A stretch of 64,000 nt of DNA, from contig CAWAUM010000002.1 of the NCBI GenBank assembly GCA_963785235.1, positions 96,001-160,000 of the forward strand. Reading direction: 5' to 3'. This DNA is from an uncultured delta proteobacterium (GTDB lineage: Bacteria > Desulfobacterota > Desulfomonilia > UBA1062). Position 1 is the stretch's first letter. The number at the start of each line of letters is the position of its first letter. The position numbers were made by a program, and so were the translations under genes. Shown piece by piece: positions 10,207 to 19,641 of this stretch. Under the pieces are notes generated by a model. It saw nothing but the letters and a program-made list of their open reading frames with translations, was not told the DNA's origin and did no database searches.

Positions 10207-10560
10207 TCAGCCCGAGTTCTTCATAGTGCCGAGGTCGCTTATCAGTTTCGTCATAGGGCCATGGGTGACAAGTTTATCCATCTCAGAAAGGACCTTGCCG
10301 AATTCATCGACTATTTTCTCGCCTTCCTGGGTAAGGTGTGCGCCAGTCCTTCCGTGTCGGCCCTGCTCCAGTAGCCTTATGCCGAGCCTGGTTTCGTAGT
10401 CCCGCACTTTGCCCCATGCCGCCCGGTAGGACATCTTCAGGCTCTCGGCAGCCTTGTTGAGGGATCCTGTCTGATGAACCAGCATGAGGAGCTGGAATAT
10501 CCCGATACCGAAAACCGACTTTCCCCCGACTTCTATCCAAATCTTATAAGCGAAGTGCAT
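10207..10560 (-). CDS. ModE-type winged-helix transcriptional regulator (no molybdate-binding domain)
   Basis: KIWIE..G..FG.G, TGSLNKAAESLKMSYRAAW. Start placed at ATG 10560. Confidence 0.85.
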   Translation of the reverse strand: MHFAYKIWIEVGGKSVFGIGIFQLLMLVHQTGSLNKAAESLKMSYRAAWGKVRDYETRLGIRLLEQGRHGRTGAHLTQEGEKIVDEFGKVLSEMDKLVTHGPMTKLISDLGTMKNSG

Positions 10561-10682
10561 ATAAGTATAGATACCACGAAGCCTGCCGTCTTTCAAGGGC
10601 AGCGAACTGTTGATATAGGTTGATATCTCCATATCAAATGCGTTATGGAATATTTTCAATACTATATATCGCGGAGCCTTCC

Positions 10683-11975
10683 ATGAGTGTGTGTTTGATA
10701 ACAGCGTTTTCCCGGCACGTGGGCGAGACGGTTACCATCAGGGGATGGGTGGCCAATCGCAGGTCCAGCGGCAAGGTTTCTTTTCTGATCATACGTGATG
10801 GCTCAGGCATCTGCCAGGCCATTGCCGAGAAAGAGGCCATGGGCGATTTCTACGAGGAAATCAGAAAGCTGCCCATTGAATCCTCAGTGATCGTCACGGG
10901 TAAGGTGGTTGAAGAGGCCAGGTCGCCAGGCGGCTATGAAATGCATGTTTCGGGCATGAACATCCTCCAGATGTCAGAGGAGTTCCCCATCGGCAAAAAA
11001 GAGCACGGTCCAGACTTCCTTCTGGGCATCCGCCATTTATGGCTGCGTACGCCCAGGCAGGTCGCCATCTTGAGGGTTCGCGACACGCTTGTCAGGTATG
11101 TGAGGGAGTTCTTCTACAAGAACGACTTCACCCTCATCGACACCCCCATCTTCACCACTACCGTGGGCGAAGACTCATCCAACCTCTTCTCCGTGGACTA
11201 TTTCGACCTGGGCAAGACCTACCTGTCCCAGACGGGCCAGCTCTACCTGGAGGCAGCAATCTTCGGGCTCGGCAAGGTCTACTGCCTTGGGCCCACCTTC
11301 AGGGCCGAGCGCTCAAAGACCAGGCGGCACCTCACCGAGTTCTGGATGGTGGAGGGCGAGATGGCCTTTTTCGATCACAAGGACAACCTGGAGCTCCAGG
11401 AGAACTTTGTCTCTTACATCGTTCAGAACACGATCCGGGATATGGCTGATGAGTTGAAAAAGCTCGAACGTGACATCGAGCCCCTGAAGAAGGTTGTACC
11501 GCCGTTTTACCGGGTGAGCTACGACGAGGCCATCGAAATCCTGCGCAAGCATGGATCGGATATTGAATGGGGCTCCGACCTGGGTGGGGATGACGAGACC
11601 ATTATCACCCAGCTCTTTGACAAGCCCGTGTTCATCGAGTGTTATCCCAAAAAGGTCAAGGCCTTCTACATGAAGCAGCATCCGGAGAAACCCGAACTGG
11701 TCATGTGCGCCGACCTGCTCGCACCGGAAGGGTACGGCGAGATCATCGGCGGGTCGCAGCGGGAAGAGGACCCCGAGGTCCTCATGAAGTCGATCCTTGA
11801 CAATGGCCTGGACCCGGAGCGCTACGGGTGGTACTTCGACCTCAGGAAGTACGGCAGCGTGCCGCATTCGGGATTCGGCCTGGGTATTGAACGCACCCTG
11901 TCATGGATATGCGGGCTCAAACATGTTCGCGAAACCATCCCCTTCCCGAGGATGATGTACAGGGCATATCCGTAA
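10683..11975 (+). CDS. asnS: Asparagine--tRNA ligase
   Basis: RHLWLR, YLSQTGQLYLE, GPTFRAERSKTRRHLTEFWM, PHSGFGLGIER. Start placed at ATG 10683. Confidence 0.96.
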   Translation: MSVCLITAFSRHVGETVTIRGWVANRRSSGKVSFLIIRDGSGICQAIAEKEAMGDFYEEIRKLPIESSVIVTGKVVEEARSPGGYEMHVSGMNILQMSEEFPIGKKEHGPDFLLGIRHLWLRTPRQVAILRVRDTLVRYVREFFYKNDFTLIDTPIFTTTVGEDSSNLFSVDYFDLGKTYLSQTGQLYLEAAIFGLGKVYCLGPTFRAERSKTRRHLTEFWMVEGEMAFFDHKDNLELQENFVSYIVQNTIRDMADELKKLERDIEPLKKVVPPFYRVSYDEAIEILRKHGSDIEWGSDLGGDDETIITQLFDKPVFIECYPKKVKAFYMKQHPEKPELVMCADLLAPEGYGEIIGGSQREEDPEVLMKSILDNGLDPERYGWYFDLRKYGSVPHSGFGLGIERTLSWICGLKHVRETIPFPRMMYRAYP

Positions 11976-11991
11976 TGCCCTTGAAAAAGAC

Positions 11992-12025
11992 AAAAACCAC
12001 CTCTACCTGGGATAGGGTGATTTTT
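11992..12025. terminator. Probable bidirectional intrinsic terminator between asnS and tRNA-Gly
   Basis: AAAAACCACC...GGTGATTTTT imperfect inverted repeat flanked by A and T runs between convergent genes. Confidence 0.55.
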
Positions 12026-12049
12026 GTGATAATGAATGAGTAGAAAGAC

Positions 12050-12124
12050 TGGAGCGGGAAACGGGATTCGAACCCGCGACTTTAACCTTGGCAAGGTTAC
12101 ACTCTACCACTGAGTTATTCCCGC
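12050..12124 (-). tRNA. tRNA-Gly(GCC), CCA encoded
   Basis: Reverse complement GCGGGAATAACTCAGTGGTAGAGTGTAACCTTGCCAAGGTTAAAGTCGCGGGTTCGAATCCCGTTTCCCGCTCCA folds as a cloverleaf with GCC anticodon. Confidence 0.98.
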
Positions 12125-12134
12125 GACATCGCCA

Positions 12135-12163
12135 CTTATATGCAAGAGGGTTTTGTTTGTCAA
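12135..12163 (-). promoter_or_regulatory. sigma70-type promoter of tRNA-Gly
   Basis: TTGACA-17 nt-TATAAG on the minus strand, ending 10 nt before the tRNA. Confidence 0.7.
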
Positions 12164-12323
12164 GGCTCAATTCCCCAGCAACGGCCTGCTATTTTCAACC
12201 CTGACTGCCAAGATCTCCATTGACAAAATCCTTTGTGACCTTACTAAGTAGTACTAGGGAATATTGCTCCCTAGGGGGGATCGATTCAATCCTGGCAGTA
12301 GTGTAGAGGATTTGAGGTGGACT

Positions 12324-13238
12324 ATGGATGAAAAACAATCGAACGCCAATGCCTCCATGGAATTTTTCCAGCCTTTGATGGCAATGGTGAACCAGTTATT
12401 TTCCGGGCTGCCTGGAACGATGTCCGGCCAAAAAATGAACGAGCCCGAGGCCAAGCCCGAAGGCTACTCCAGGTTTTCACCCGAGGCCCTGCTCTCCATT
12501 TTCAAGACCTGGGGCACCCTGTCTTCTGCCATGAGTGAGCCTTCCGCTGCCGGCGCCATGGCGAGCGGATTTGCTACGCTGCCGGACATCATGGCAAAAT
12601 TCTTCCAGACAGGCATGGCAGGCTTTCTGAAGATCCATGAACAGACCTCAGGCAAACTCAAGGACCTTGGAAAACGCACCGAGGCATATAGGTTTGAAAA
12701 TCTCGACCAGGACAGCATCAAGGTATGGTCCGACTTCTATGACAAGGAGGTCCGCCAGTACCTCAAGGTACCCCAGCTCGGGCTGGTACGCTTCTACCAG
12801 GAGAGGTTTTACCAGACCATTGACAAGTTCAATGTCTTTTCCACCGCCTTTGCCGAATTCATGCATGTCCTCATGCTGCCCATGGAGAAGTCATTCATGG
12901 TTTTGCATGACAAGATCGAGGAACAGATCCGGGAAGGCAAAACCCCTGAAGACCCCCACGAGTACTACCGATTATGGGTGAAGATCCTCGAAGGCCATTA
13001 CATGACCCTGTTCAAAACTTCCGAGTACACAAAGACGCTTAACAATACCTTGAGCTCCTATGAGGACTACCTGAGCGCCCGCAACCAGATCGTTACGGAT
13101 ACCCTGCAATCACTTCCCATACCCACGAACAAGGACCTCGACGACCTGTATGATGAACTCTATCACCTCAAGAAACGGGTGAAAGACCTGGAAAAGGTGA
13201 ACAAGGACCTCAAGAAGTCAACTGCATCCGGAGGCTAA
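12324..13238 (+). CDS. phaE: Class III PHA synthase subunit PhaE
   Basis: PQLGLVRFYQER, YRLWVKILEGHY, LPIPTNKDLDDLYDELYHLKKRVKDLE. Directly upstream of phaC, GAGGTG RBS. Confidence 0.88.
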   Translation: MDEKQSNANASMEFFQPLMAMVNQLFSGLPGTMSGQKMNEPEAKPEGYSRFSPEALLSIFKTWGTLSSAMSEPSAAGAMASGFATLPDIMAKFFQTGMAGFLKIHEQTSGKLKDLGKRTEAYRFENLDQDSIKVWSDFYDKEVRQYLKVPQLGLVRFYQERFYQTIDKFNVFSTAFAEFMHVLMLPMEKSFMVLHDKIEEQIREGKTPEDPHEYYRLWVKILEGHYMTLFKTSEYTKTLNNTLSSYEDYLSARNQIVTDTLQSLPIPTNKDLDDLYDELYHLKKRVKDLEKVNKDLKKSTASGG

Positions 13239-13241
13239 ACT

Positions 13242-14450
13242 ATGGAGGAAAAACCAAAGATCCCCGTTGATGTAATCCTGAAGCACCTTGCAGAAGATGC
13301 GGACAAGGCCCAGGACCGTGCCCAGAAGGCCTCCGAGGTGCTGCTGGGGCCACTGGAAACAGGAATAGCCACCACACCGTACGAGGTTATCTACCAACAG
13401 GACCGCGTCAAGCTGAAGCATTACCTGCCCATGCGCGAGCCGGCCAAAGGGATCACCACCCCGCTGCTGATAGTCTATGCCCTCATAAACCGCGAGACCA
13501 TGCTCGATCTCCAGCCTGAGCGCAGCGTGGTGAAGAACTTTCTTCAGGCCGGCATCGACCTGTACATGATCGACTGGGGATATCCCTCCAGGAAAGATAA
13601 GTTCCTTACCATAGACGACCACGTGAACGGTTATATGGATGACATTGTGGACCACATAAGGGATCGGTGCAAGGTGGACAAGGTTAATCTCATGGGCATC
13701 TGCATGGGCGGTACCTTTTGCGTAATCTACTCGGCCCTTCACCCCGAGAAGGTCAGAAACCTTGTGACCACGGTATCACCTACCAACTTTGACACCGACC
13801 AGGGGCTGCTGCACATCTGGATGAAAAACGTGGATGTGGACCTGATGATCAATGCCTTCGGAAACATGCCCGGAGACATCATGAACTTCGGGTTCCTCCT
13901 GCTGAACCCGGCTCGCCTCATGATCGACAAGTATGTGGGTTTTATGGAGAACATGGACGACAAGGTCTTTGTGGAGAACTTCATCCGCATGGAGAAGTGG
14001 ATCTTTGACAGCCCGGATGTGCCGGGAGAAACCTTCCGACAGTTCGTGAAGGACTTCTACCAGAAGAACCTCCTCATACAGAGCAAGCTGGTAGTAGGAG
14101 ACAAGCGCGTAGACCTGAAAAAGATCACCATGCCGCTGCTCAATATCTACGGTCAATACGACCACCTCGTGCCGCCCGGGGCTGCAGACAAGCTTACCGG
14201 CGCAGTGGGGAGCACGGACAAGGAAGACCTCTGCCTTGATACAGGTCACATAGGAATATACGTAAGCTCCAAGACCCAGAGGGAATTTACCCCGAAGATT
14301 GTGCAGTGGCTTACTGACAGGGACACCCCAAAAAAAGAAGTGAAGGTGAAAAAACAACCTGTCCGCAAAACGCCTAAAAAGACCGCAAAAGTCTCATGGA
14401 CAAGCAGGACAAAGAATACCACACGCTCAAAGGAGATAACCAATGTCTGA
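13242..14450 (+). CDS. phaC: Class III poly(R)-hydroxyalkanoate synthase PhaC
   Basis: PLLIVYALINR, lipase box GICMGG, RMEKWIFDSPD, catalytic D (YDHLVP) and H (TGHIGIYVS). Confidence 0.95.
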   Translation: MEEKPKIPVDVILKHLAEDADKAQDRAQKASEVLLGPLETGIATTPYEVIYQQDRVKLKHYLPMREPAKGITTPLLIVYALINRETMLDLQPERSVVKNFLQAGIDLYMIDWGYPSRKDKFLTIDDHVNGYMDDIVDHIRDRCKVDKVNLMGICMGGTFCVIYSALHPEKVRNLVTTVSPTNFDTDQGLLHIWMKNVDVDLMINAFGNMPGDIMNFGFLLLNPARLMIDKYVGFMENMDDKVFVENFIRMEKWIFDSPDVPGETFRQFVKDFYQKNLLIQSKLVVGDKRVDLKKITMPLLNIYGQYDHLVPPGAADKLTGAVGSTDKEDLCLDTGHIGIYVSSKTQREFTPKIVQWLTDRDTPKKEVKVKKQPVRKTPKKTAKVSWTSRTKNTTRSKEITNV

Positions 14451-15495
14451 GAAAAGCGATTACTTCAAGACATTCTGCAAAGTAAGCAGCGCCTTAGGCA
14501 CCACGCTGAAAAAGGAAAAGCTGCTGGACCTCATTGTGCAGAGCGCCATTGACACCATGGCAGGCAAGGCGGCATGCCTCTTCTTCGAAGACGAACAGAA
14601 AGAAAGTGATATCTTTGTCCCCATAGCGCAGAAAGGCCTCACCAAGAGCTATCTCCACGCCGAGCCCAGGGAGGCCAAGCGGGCTTCCGAAGAGATCCTG
14701 AAAAAGGGATATATCGCCATCCACGATGCCACCACAGATCCCAGGGTGAAGACCCACGAGCTCAAAAAAAAGGAAGGGATCGCATCCATCCTGGTAGTAC
14801 CGGTCATTGTAAAGGAGAGGGTAAAGGGCGTGCTCACCCTGTATACCGACAAGCCCCGGATTTTTTCCGAAGACGAGATCCTTTTCCTCACCGCGCTTGC
14901 CGAACAGGGCGGAATGGCCATTGAGCGGGCCCGTCTCGTCATGCAGATTACACGGAACATCCGCATCTTTACCAACATAGCCCAGGGGCTCAACGAGAGT
15001 CTTGATATAAAGATAATCATGGAGCGTCTATCCGTGGATATGGCCAAGGCGCTGGGTGTTAAGGCGGTCTCGGTAAGGCTCATCGATAAAGACAAACAGG
15101 TCCTTGAGCTTGTAGCCAGCCACGGCCTGAGCAAGAAGTACCTGAACAAAGGCCCGGTGAGGATCGAGAAGAGCGTCACCGAGGCGCTCAAGGGCAAAAC
15201 CGTGATTATCACCGACGCCACGAGCAACAAAGAGGTTCAGTACAAGGATGAGAAAAAGAAAGAGGGAATCACGTCCATTCTTACCGTGCCCATCAAGTCC
15301 AAAGAAGAGGTCATCGGTGTCATGAGGTACTATACCGCAGAAGAAAGGGAATTCACGGAGGGTGAGGTCATGCTGGCAGAGGCTGTTGCCGGCTTGGGCG
15401 GCCTTGCCATTCAGAATGCATCCATGTACCTGCTGCTGAAACAGGACATGCAGTGCCTTAAGGATGACATCTGGAGTCACAGGTCGTGGTTCTAG
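14443..15495 (+). CDS. Stand-alone tandem GAF-GAF domain protein
   Basis: Two internal repeats: KEGIASILVVP...GVLTLY...LAEQGGMAIE and KEGITSILTVP...GVMRYY...GGLAIQNA. No output domain. Overlaps the phaC stop. Confidence 0.88.
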   Translation: MSEKSDYFKTFCKVSSALGTTLKKEKLLDLIVQSAIDTMAGKAACLFFEDEQKESDIFVPIAQKGLTKSYLHAEPREAKRASEEILKKGYIAIHDATTDPRVKTHELKKKEGIASILVVPVIVKERVKGVLTLYTDKPRIFSEDEILFLTALAEQGGMAIERARLVMQITRNIRIFTNIAQGLNESLDIKIIMERLSVDMAKALGVKAVSVRLIDKDKQVLELVASHGLSKKYLNKGPVRIEKSVTEALKGKTVIITDATSNKEVQYKDEKKKEGITSILTVPIKSKEEVIGVMRYYTAEEREFTEGEVMLAEAVAGLGGLAIQNASMYLLLKQDMQCLKDDIWSHRSWF

Positions 15496-15531
15496 GTTGC
15501 AATTAATTACTAATTATAAGGAGGATGACAC

Positions 15532-15951
15532 ATGCTGGGCAGATCTATCAATGAAATGAAGGTCGGTGATTTTGCAGAATTCTCAAAGACCGTCTCCGAA
15601 ACGGACATCTACCTCTTCGCAGGCATTGTGGGCGATTTCAACCCGGCCCACGTGAACGAGGCCTATGCAAAGAACACCTTCTTCAAGACCCGCATCGCCC
15701 ACGGCATGCTCGCCGCAGGCTTTGTGTCAGCTACCATCGGCATGCAGCTGCCCGGCCCGGGCACCATCTACATCAGCCAGGAGCTGAAGTTCTTAGGCCC
15801 GGTGCATATCGGCGATACAGTGACAGCCCACGTTGAGGTCGCAGAGATCAACATGGAAAAAAACCGGGTGAAGCTGAAGACCTGGTGCGTCAACCAGGAC
15901 GGCGTGAAAATTCTGGAAGGCGACGCCATGGCAAGCCCGCCGAAGAAATAA
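15532..15951 (+). CDS. phaJ: MaoC-family (R)-specific enoyl-CoA hydratase (PhaJ-like)
   Basis: Hydratase-2 motif GDFNPAH, RIAHGML, LPGPGTIYISQ. AAGGAGG RBS. Located in the pha cluster. Confidence 0.85.
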   Translation: MLGRSINEMKVGDFAEFSKTVSETDIYLFAGIVGDFNPAHVNEAYAKNTFFKTRIAHGMLAAGFVSATIGMQLPGPGTIYISQELKFLGPVHIGDTVTAHVEVAEINMEKNRVKLKTWCVNQDGVKILEGDAMASPPKK

Positions 15952-15964
15952 ATCGTTTTGTAGA

Positions 15965-15994
15965 GGCGGGCCTGGTGCCCGCCCCTTTTTTCTC
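15965..15994 (+). terminator. Intrinsic terminator after phaJ
   Basis: GGCGGGC-CTGGT-GCCCGCC stem followed by a T run. Confidence 0.75.
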
Positions 15995-16001
15995 TTGAAA
16001 G

Positions 16002-17015
16002 CTACTTCTTTACCGAATCTACGCTTTTAGCGATCTGGAGTATCCCCATCGGCAACTCTATCCCGAGTTTCTTTGTTGTCTTCAGATCAACAAGGATCGT
16101 GAGATCATCCTGTATGAGAACCGGGAGTGTCTCGGGTTTTACCCCCTGTTTCAAGATCTTCACAGCCTGGGTGCCGGACAGGATTCCGATGGTCTTGAAT
16201 TCAGATCCGACATACAGGACTGCGCCGGAGAACCCGACATGGCAGAAGCAAACTGCCGGGATATTTTTAGGTCCGACAACGGTCAACAATTCTTTGGTGG
16301 GTTCATAGTTTCTCAGCGCATAGTAAGCATCAATGGGTATGCCGAAGGCTTGGACACCCTGGCCTAGCAGTTCTTCCGCAGCAGCAATGGGGCTGTCCGA
16401 TTTCCCCACCTGTTTGCCTATCACCGTAATACCAAGTGCTGCAGCCTTTGCCTTTGCCTCCTTGACAAAGGCGACGGCATTATCATCATCGCTGTGCACG
16501 ATTCCCATCTTTGTGAGCTTTGGGAAGGCCAGCTTCGTTATTTTGAATGCACTTGTGGGATCCAGATACAGCGATGCCCCTGTAAATCCAGGCCCGGACT
16601 TGCTTACCGATGCGCATCCAACAGCCTGAGGCATGGCCACACCGGTGAATACTACCGGGATACCTGCACTGATGAACTTGTCCTTGCTGTACTCTGTTGC
16701 CGGCGTGCTGATGGTCAGTACGAGGTCGGGTTTGGTCTTGATGATATCCGATGCCTCGCTTTTAATGTCCATCAGGATGCCGAGCTTTTTCCAGATGCCG
16801 GCATCGGCATCGGCATCGATAATATGCCTGTTGATGACGAGGTTCTGCCCTTTCACAATGCCGTTTCTCGCAAGTTCCTCCACAAACCCCTCATATGCCC
16901 AATCAAACGGGTTGATCTTGGAAACCTGAAGGACTTCGATACGGTATGTATCTTTTGCAACCACAGGTAGGCTGAACAATACAATGAAAGAAAGGGTGAA
17001 AAGCATCTTTTTCAC
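16002..17015 (-). CDS. ABC transporter substrate-binding protein (ABC_sub_bind family), orphan
   Basis: Signal peptide, KPDLVLTISTPA, IPVVFTGV, G.QAVKILK.G.KPETLPV. GGAGG RBS before GTG. Confidence 0.85.
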   Translation of the reverse strand: MKKMLFTLSFIVLFSLPVVAKDTYRIEVLQVSKINPFDWAYEGFVEELARNGIVKGQNLVINRHIIDADADAGIWKKLGILMDIKSEASDIIKTKPDLVLTISTPATEYSKDKFISAGIPVVFTGVAMPQAVGCASVSKSGPGFTGASLYLDPTSAFKITKLAFPKLTKMGIVHSDDDNAVAFVKEAKAKAAALGITVIGKQVGKSDSPIAAAEELLGQGVQAFGIPIDAYYALRNYEPTKELLTVVGPKNIPAVCFCHVGFSGAVLYVGSEFKTIGILSGTQAVKILKQGVKPETLPVLIQDDLTILVDLKTTKKLGIELPMGILQIAKSVDSVKK

Positions 17016-17261
17016 GATAAACCTCCTTTGGTCCCCTGGTTAATGATAGGTATAGGAGCAATCCTTGAACCTAGCAAGGAAGAAATACCCCGAGAGAACT
17101 GGGTATGAAATCGCCTCCTTCATTCGCAGGTTAAAGGTTGCCTGGTCCGTTGCAAGATGAATGAATATTTTTATTGCTATTATCCTGGTATAGCGAAAGA
17201 AACAGGTATACTAATTATTGGGAGCCTGGCTTTATAACCAACGTGAAGGGACACTATTTTT

Positions 17262-17798
17262 ATGCGTAAGAACATCGTTTTCACCCTTACGGGTACTGAC
17301 CGAACAGGGCTTGTGGAGGAGATTACGAAATTACTGCTTGACCTTGGCGGCAATGTGGAAACCAGCCGCATGGCAAGGTTGGGCGGCGAGTTTGCCGTTT
17401 TGATGCTGGTCTCCATACCTGAACCTCAACTGGCCAACCTGGGAAAAAGCACACAGAACCTGAAAAGCCAGGGATTCAAGGTAACAACCAGCAGGACAGA
17501 ACAGACCTACGCTGAGGCCCATGCCGGATGGCTGCCCTACAAAATTGAAGTCCTTGGTGCCGATCACGAAGGCATTATTCATAAGATCGCGCAGACCCTC
17601 TCAAAATGCGGCATCAACATCGAGTCCATGGATACGGTGACCTCCCAGGCGCCGAACAGTGGCGCATCGTTGTTTTCCATGACCGCCCTGGTTGTCGTGC
17701 CGCCCGACCTGCCCGGCCAAAACTGGGAGGCCGCCCTGGAAGAGGTGGGGCATCAGCTGCATGTGGACATCAATGTGTATGCTGCAGCACGGCAATAA
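17262..17798 (+). CDS. Double ACT-domain protein, GcvR-like
   Basis: GTDRTGLV...GGNVETSRMARLGGEFA and GADHEGII...GINIESM. Confidence 0.88.
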   Translation: MRKNIVFTLTGTDRTGLVEEITKLLLDLGGNVETSRMARLGGEFAVLMLVSIPEPQLANLGKSTQNLKSQGFKVTTSRTEQTYAEAHAGWLPYKIEVLGADHEGIIHKIAQTLSKCGINIESMDTVTSQAPNSGASLFSMTALVVVPPDLPGQNWEAALEEVGHQLHVDINVYAAARQ

Positions 17799-17890
17799 GG
17801 TGGACTTTCCCATGTCCATAATTGAAGATGCTGCAAATAAGCACATGATCGGCAGCGCAACGAACCGAAGGTAAGAAAGCCAGGCATCCC

Positions 17891-18781
17891 ATGAACAGAG
17901 GAACCTGGTATGCTATAGGCGCATATGCCCTCTGGGGCCTTCTGCCAATATACTGGAAGTGGCTGCGGCATGTACCAGCTACCCAAGTGCTCTGCCACCG
18001 GATACTCTGGTCGTTCGTCACACTGCTCGTTATCATTCTCATCTCCCGTCAATGGAGGGCCTTCCGGGAGGCCATTGCCGAACTGCGTGTGCTGAGAACA
18101 TATGCCGTTGCCGCTGTTTTGATAAGCATCAACTGGCTCACCTACATCTGGGCGGTGAATGCCGGATTCATCGTGGAGACCAGCCTCGGGTATTTCATCA
18201 ACCCCCTTTTTAGCGTCCTTTTGGGGGTGATTTTCTTCCGTGAGCGCCTAAGACCGTGGCAATGGGCTGCCATCGCACTTGCAACAGCCGGCGTTGTATA
18301 CCTGACATACGCCTATGGATCACTGCCCTGGATCGCCCTGACCCTGGCCGCCACCTTCGGTGCGTATGGCCTGGTCAAGAAAACCGCTCCACTCGGGTCG
18401 CTTCATGGCCTAACGATTGAGACGCTTGTCCTGCTTGTGCCGGCGATCATGTTCCTGGTCTATTCCGACAGGGCAGGAAACGGAGCGTTGTTCACCAGCG
18501 GAGCCATATCTGATGCGCTACTCATGGGGGCAGGGATCATTACCGCAGTGCCGCTGCTGCTTTTTTCATCGGCAGCCAGACGCATACCACTCTCGCTGAT
18601 CGGCATCCTGCAATATATCGCCCCCACGCTCCAGTTTCTCCTGGGAGTGCTGGTCTATAAGGAACACTTTACCGCCACGAAGTTCACCGGTTTCAGCATC
18701 GTATGGGCAGCGCTCATCATCTACGGCGTGGAAGGACTCCTGGCCTACCGCTCGCAGTCGTTTCCCGTGGTGTCTGAATAG
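17891..18781 (+). CDS. rarD: EamA-family transporter RarD
   Basis: WGLLPIYWK, HRILWS, ETSLGYFINPL, GILQYIAPTLQFLLGV. Confidence 0.93.
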   Translation: MNRGTWYAIGAYALWGLLPIYWKWLRHVPATQVLCHRILWSFVTLLVIILISRQWRAFREAIAELRVLRTYAVAAVLISINWLTYIWAVNAGFIVETSLGYFINPLFSVLLGVIFFRERLRPWQWAAIALATAGVVYLTYAYGSLPWIALTLAATFGAYGLVKKTAPLGSLHGLTIETLVLLVPAIMFLVYSDRAGNGALFTSGAISDALLMGAGIITAVPLLLFSSAARRIPLSLIGILQYIAPTLQFLLGVLVYKEHFTATKFTGFSIVWAALIIYGVEGLLAYRSQSFPVVSE

Positions 18782-18827
18782 ACCGGATCAGTTTTTTTAC
18801 GCTTTTAAACGCAGAATCTAGCTTTCT

Positions 18828-19640
18828 CTAGATGATGCCCTTGAGGAAGTTCACGGCATTGTCGAAGATGGCCATGCCCTCGCCCCTGTCCGGTAGGTTG
18901 TTCTCCCTTGTCCATCTGGGGTGGTTGGTGCGGTGGGTGTAGGCCTCGGGGTGCGGCATGAGCCCGAAGATGCGGCCAGTTGAATCGCAGATACCTGCTA
19001 TGGCCGATACCGAACCGTTGGGGTTTGCGGGGTATTCCATGGTGGGCGAGAACGTTTCATCCGCATACTGGAGAGTTATCAGGTTTGCCTTCGTGATCTC
19101 AACAAGTGTCGCATCGCTGTCGCACACGAACTTTCCTTCGCCGTGACGGACCGGTACCATGAAATGATCTATACCTCTGGTAAATACGCAGGGGCTTAAA
19201 GGGTTTACCTTCAGGGTCACCCAGCGGTCTTCATACTTGGCAGAGTCGTTGAAGGTAAGCGACACCCTTCTCTTTCCCAGCGGGTTGCCGGGCAGGATGC
19301 CTGACTTCACCAGGGCCTGAAAGCCGTTGCATACCCCGAGGATAAGCATGCCCCGGGAGATGAAAGCGCTGATCTCATCCAACAGGGTTTTTCCGGATGT
19401 CTTTACGCGTGCATGTTTCAACCGGACACTCTCAACCTGTGCTGAGCCGAGGTCATCCCCGTCCAGAAAACCGCCCGGGAGGTTCAGGAAATGATAATCA
19501 TTGATGGGGTACTTGCCGCTCAATACTTCGCTGATGTGGGCGATATCGGCCTGAGCACCTGCAAGTCTGCAGGCATGTGCCATCTCCATCTCGCAGTTGG
19601 TTCCATATCCGGTTATGACAAGCGCCTTTACCATAGCCAT
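18828..19640 (-). CDS. purQ: FGAM synthase glutaminase subunit
   Basis: GTNCE, PGGFLDGDDL, LGVCNGFQ, HGEGK, NPNGS, GLMPHPE. Confidence 0.95.
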   Translation of the reverse strand: MAMVKALVITGYGTNCEMEMAHACRLAGAQADIAHISEVLSGKYPINDYHFLNLPGGFLDGDDLGSAQVESVRLKHARVKTSGKTLLDEISAFISRGMLILGVCNGFQALVKSGILPGNPLGKRRVSLTFNDSAKYEDRWVTLKVNPLSPCVFTRGIDHFMVPVRHGEGKFVCDSDATLVEITKANLITLQYADETFSPTMEYPANPNGSVSAIAGICDSTGRIFGLMPHPEAYTHRTNHPRWTRENNLPDRGEGMAIFDNAVNFLKGII

Positions 19641-19641
19641 A

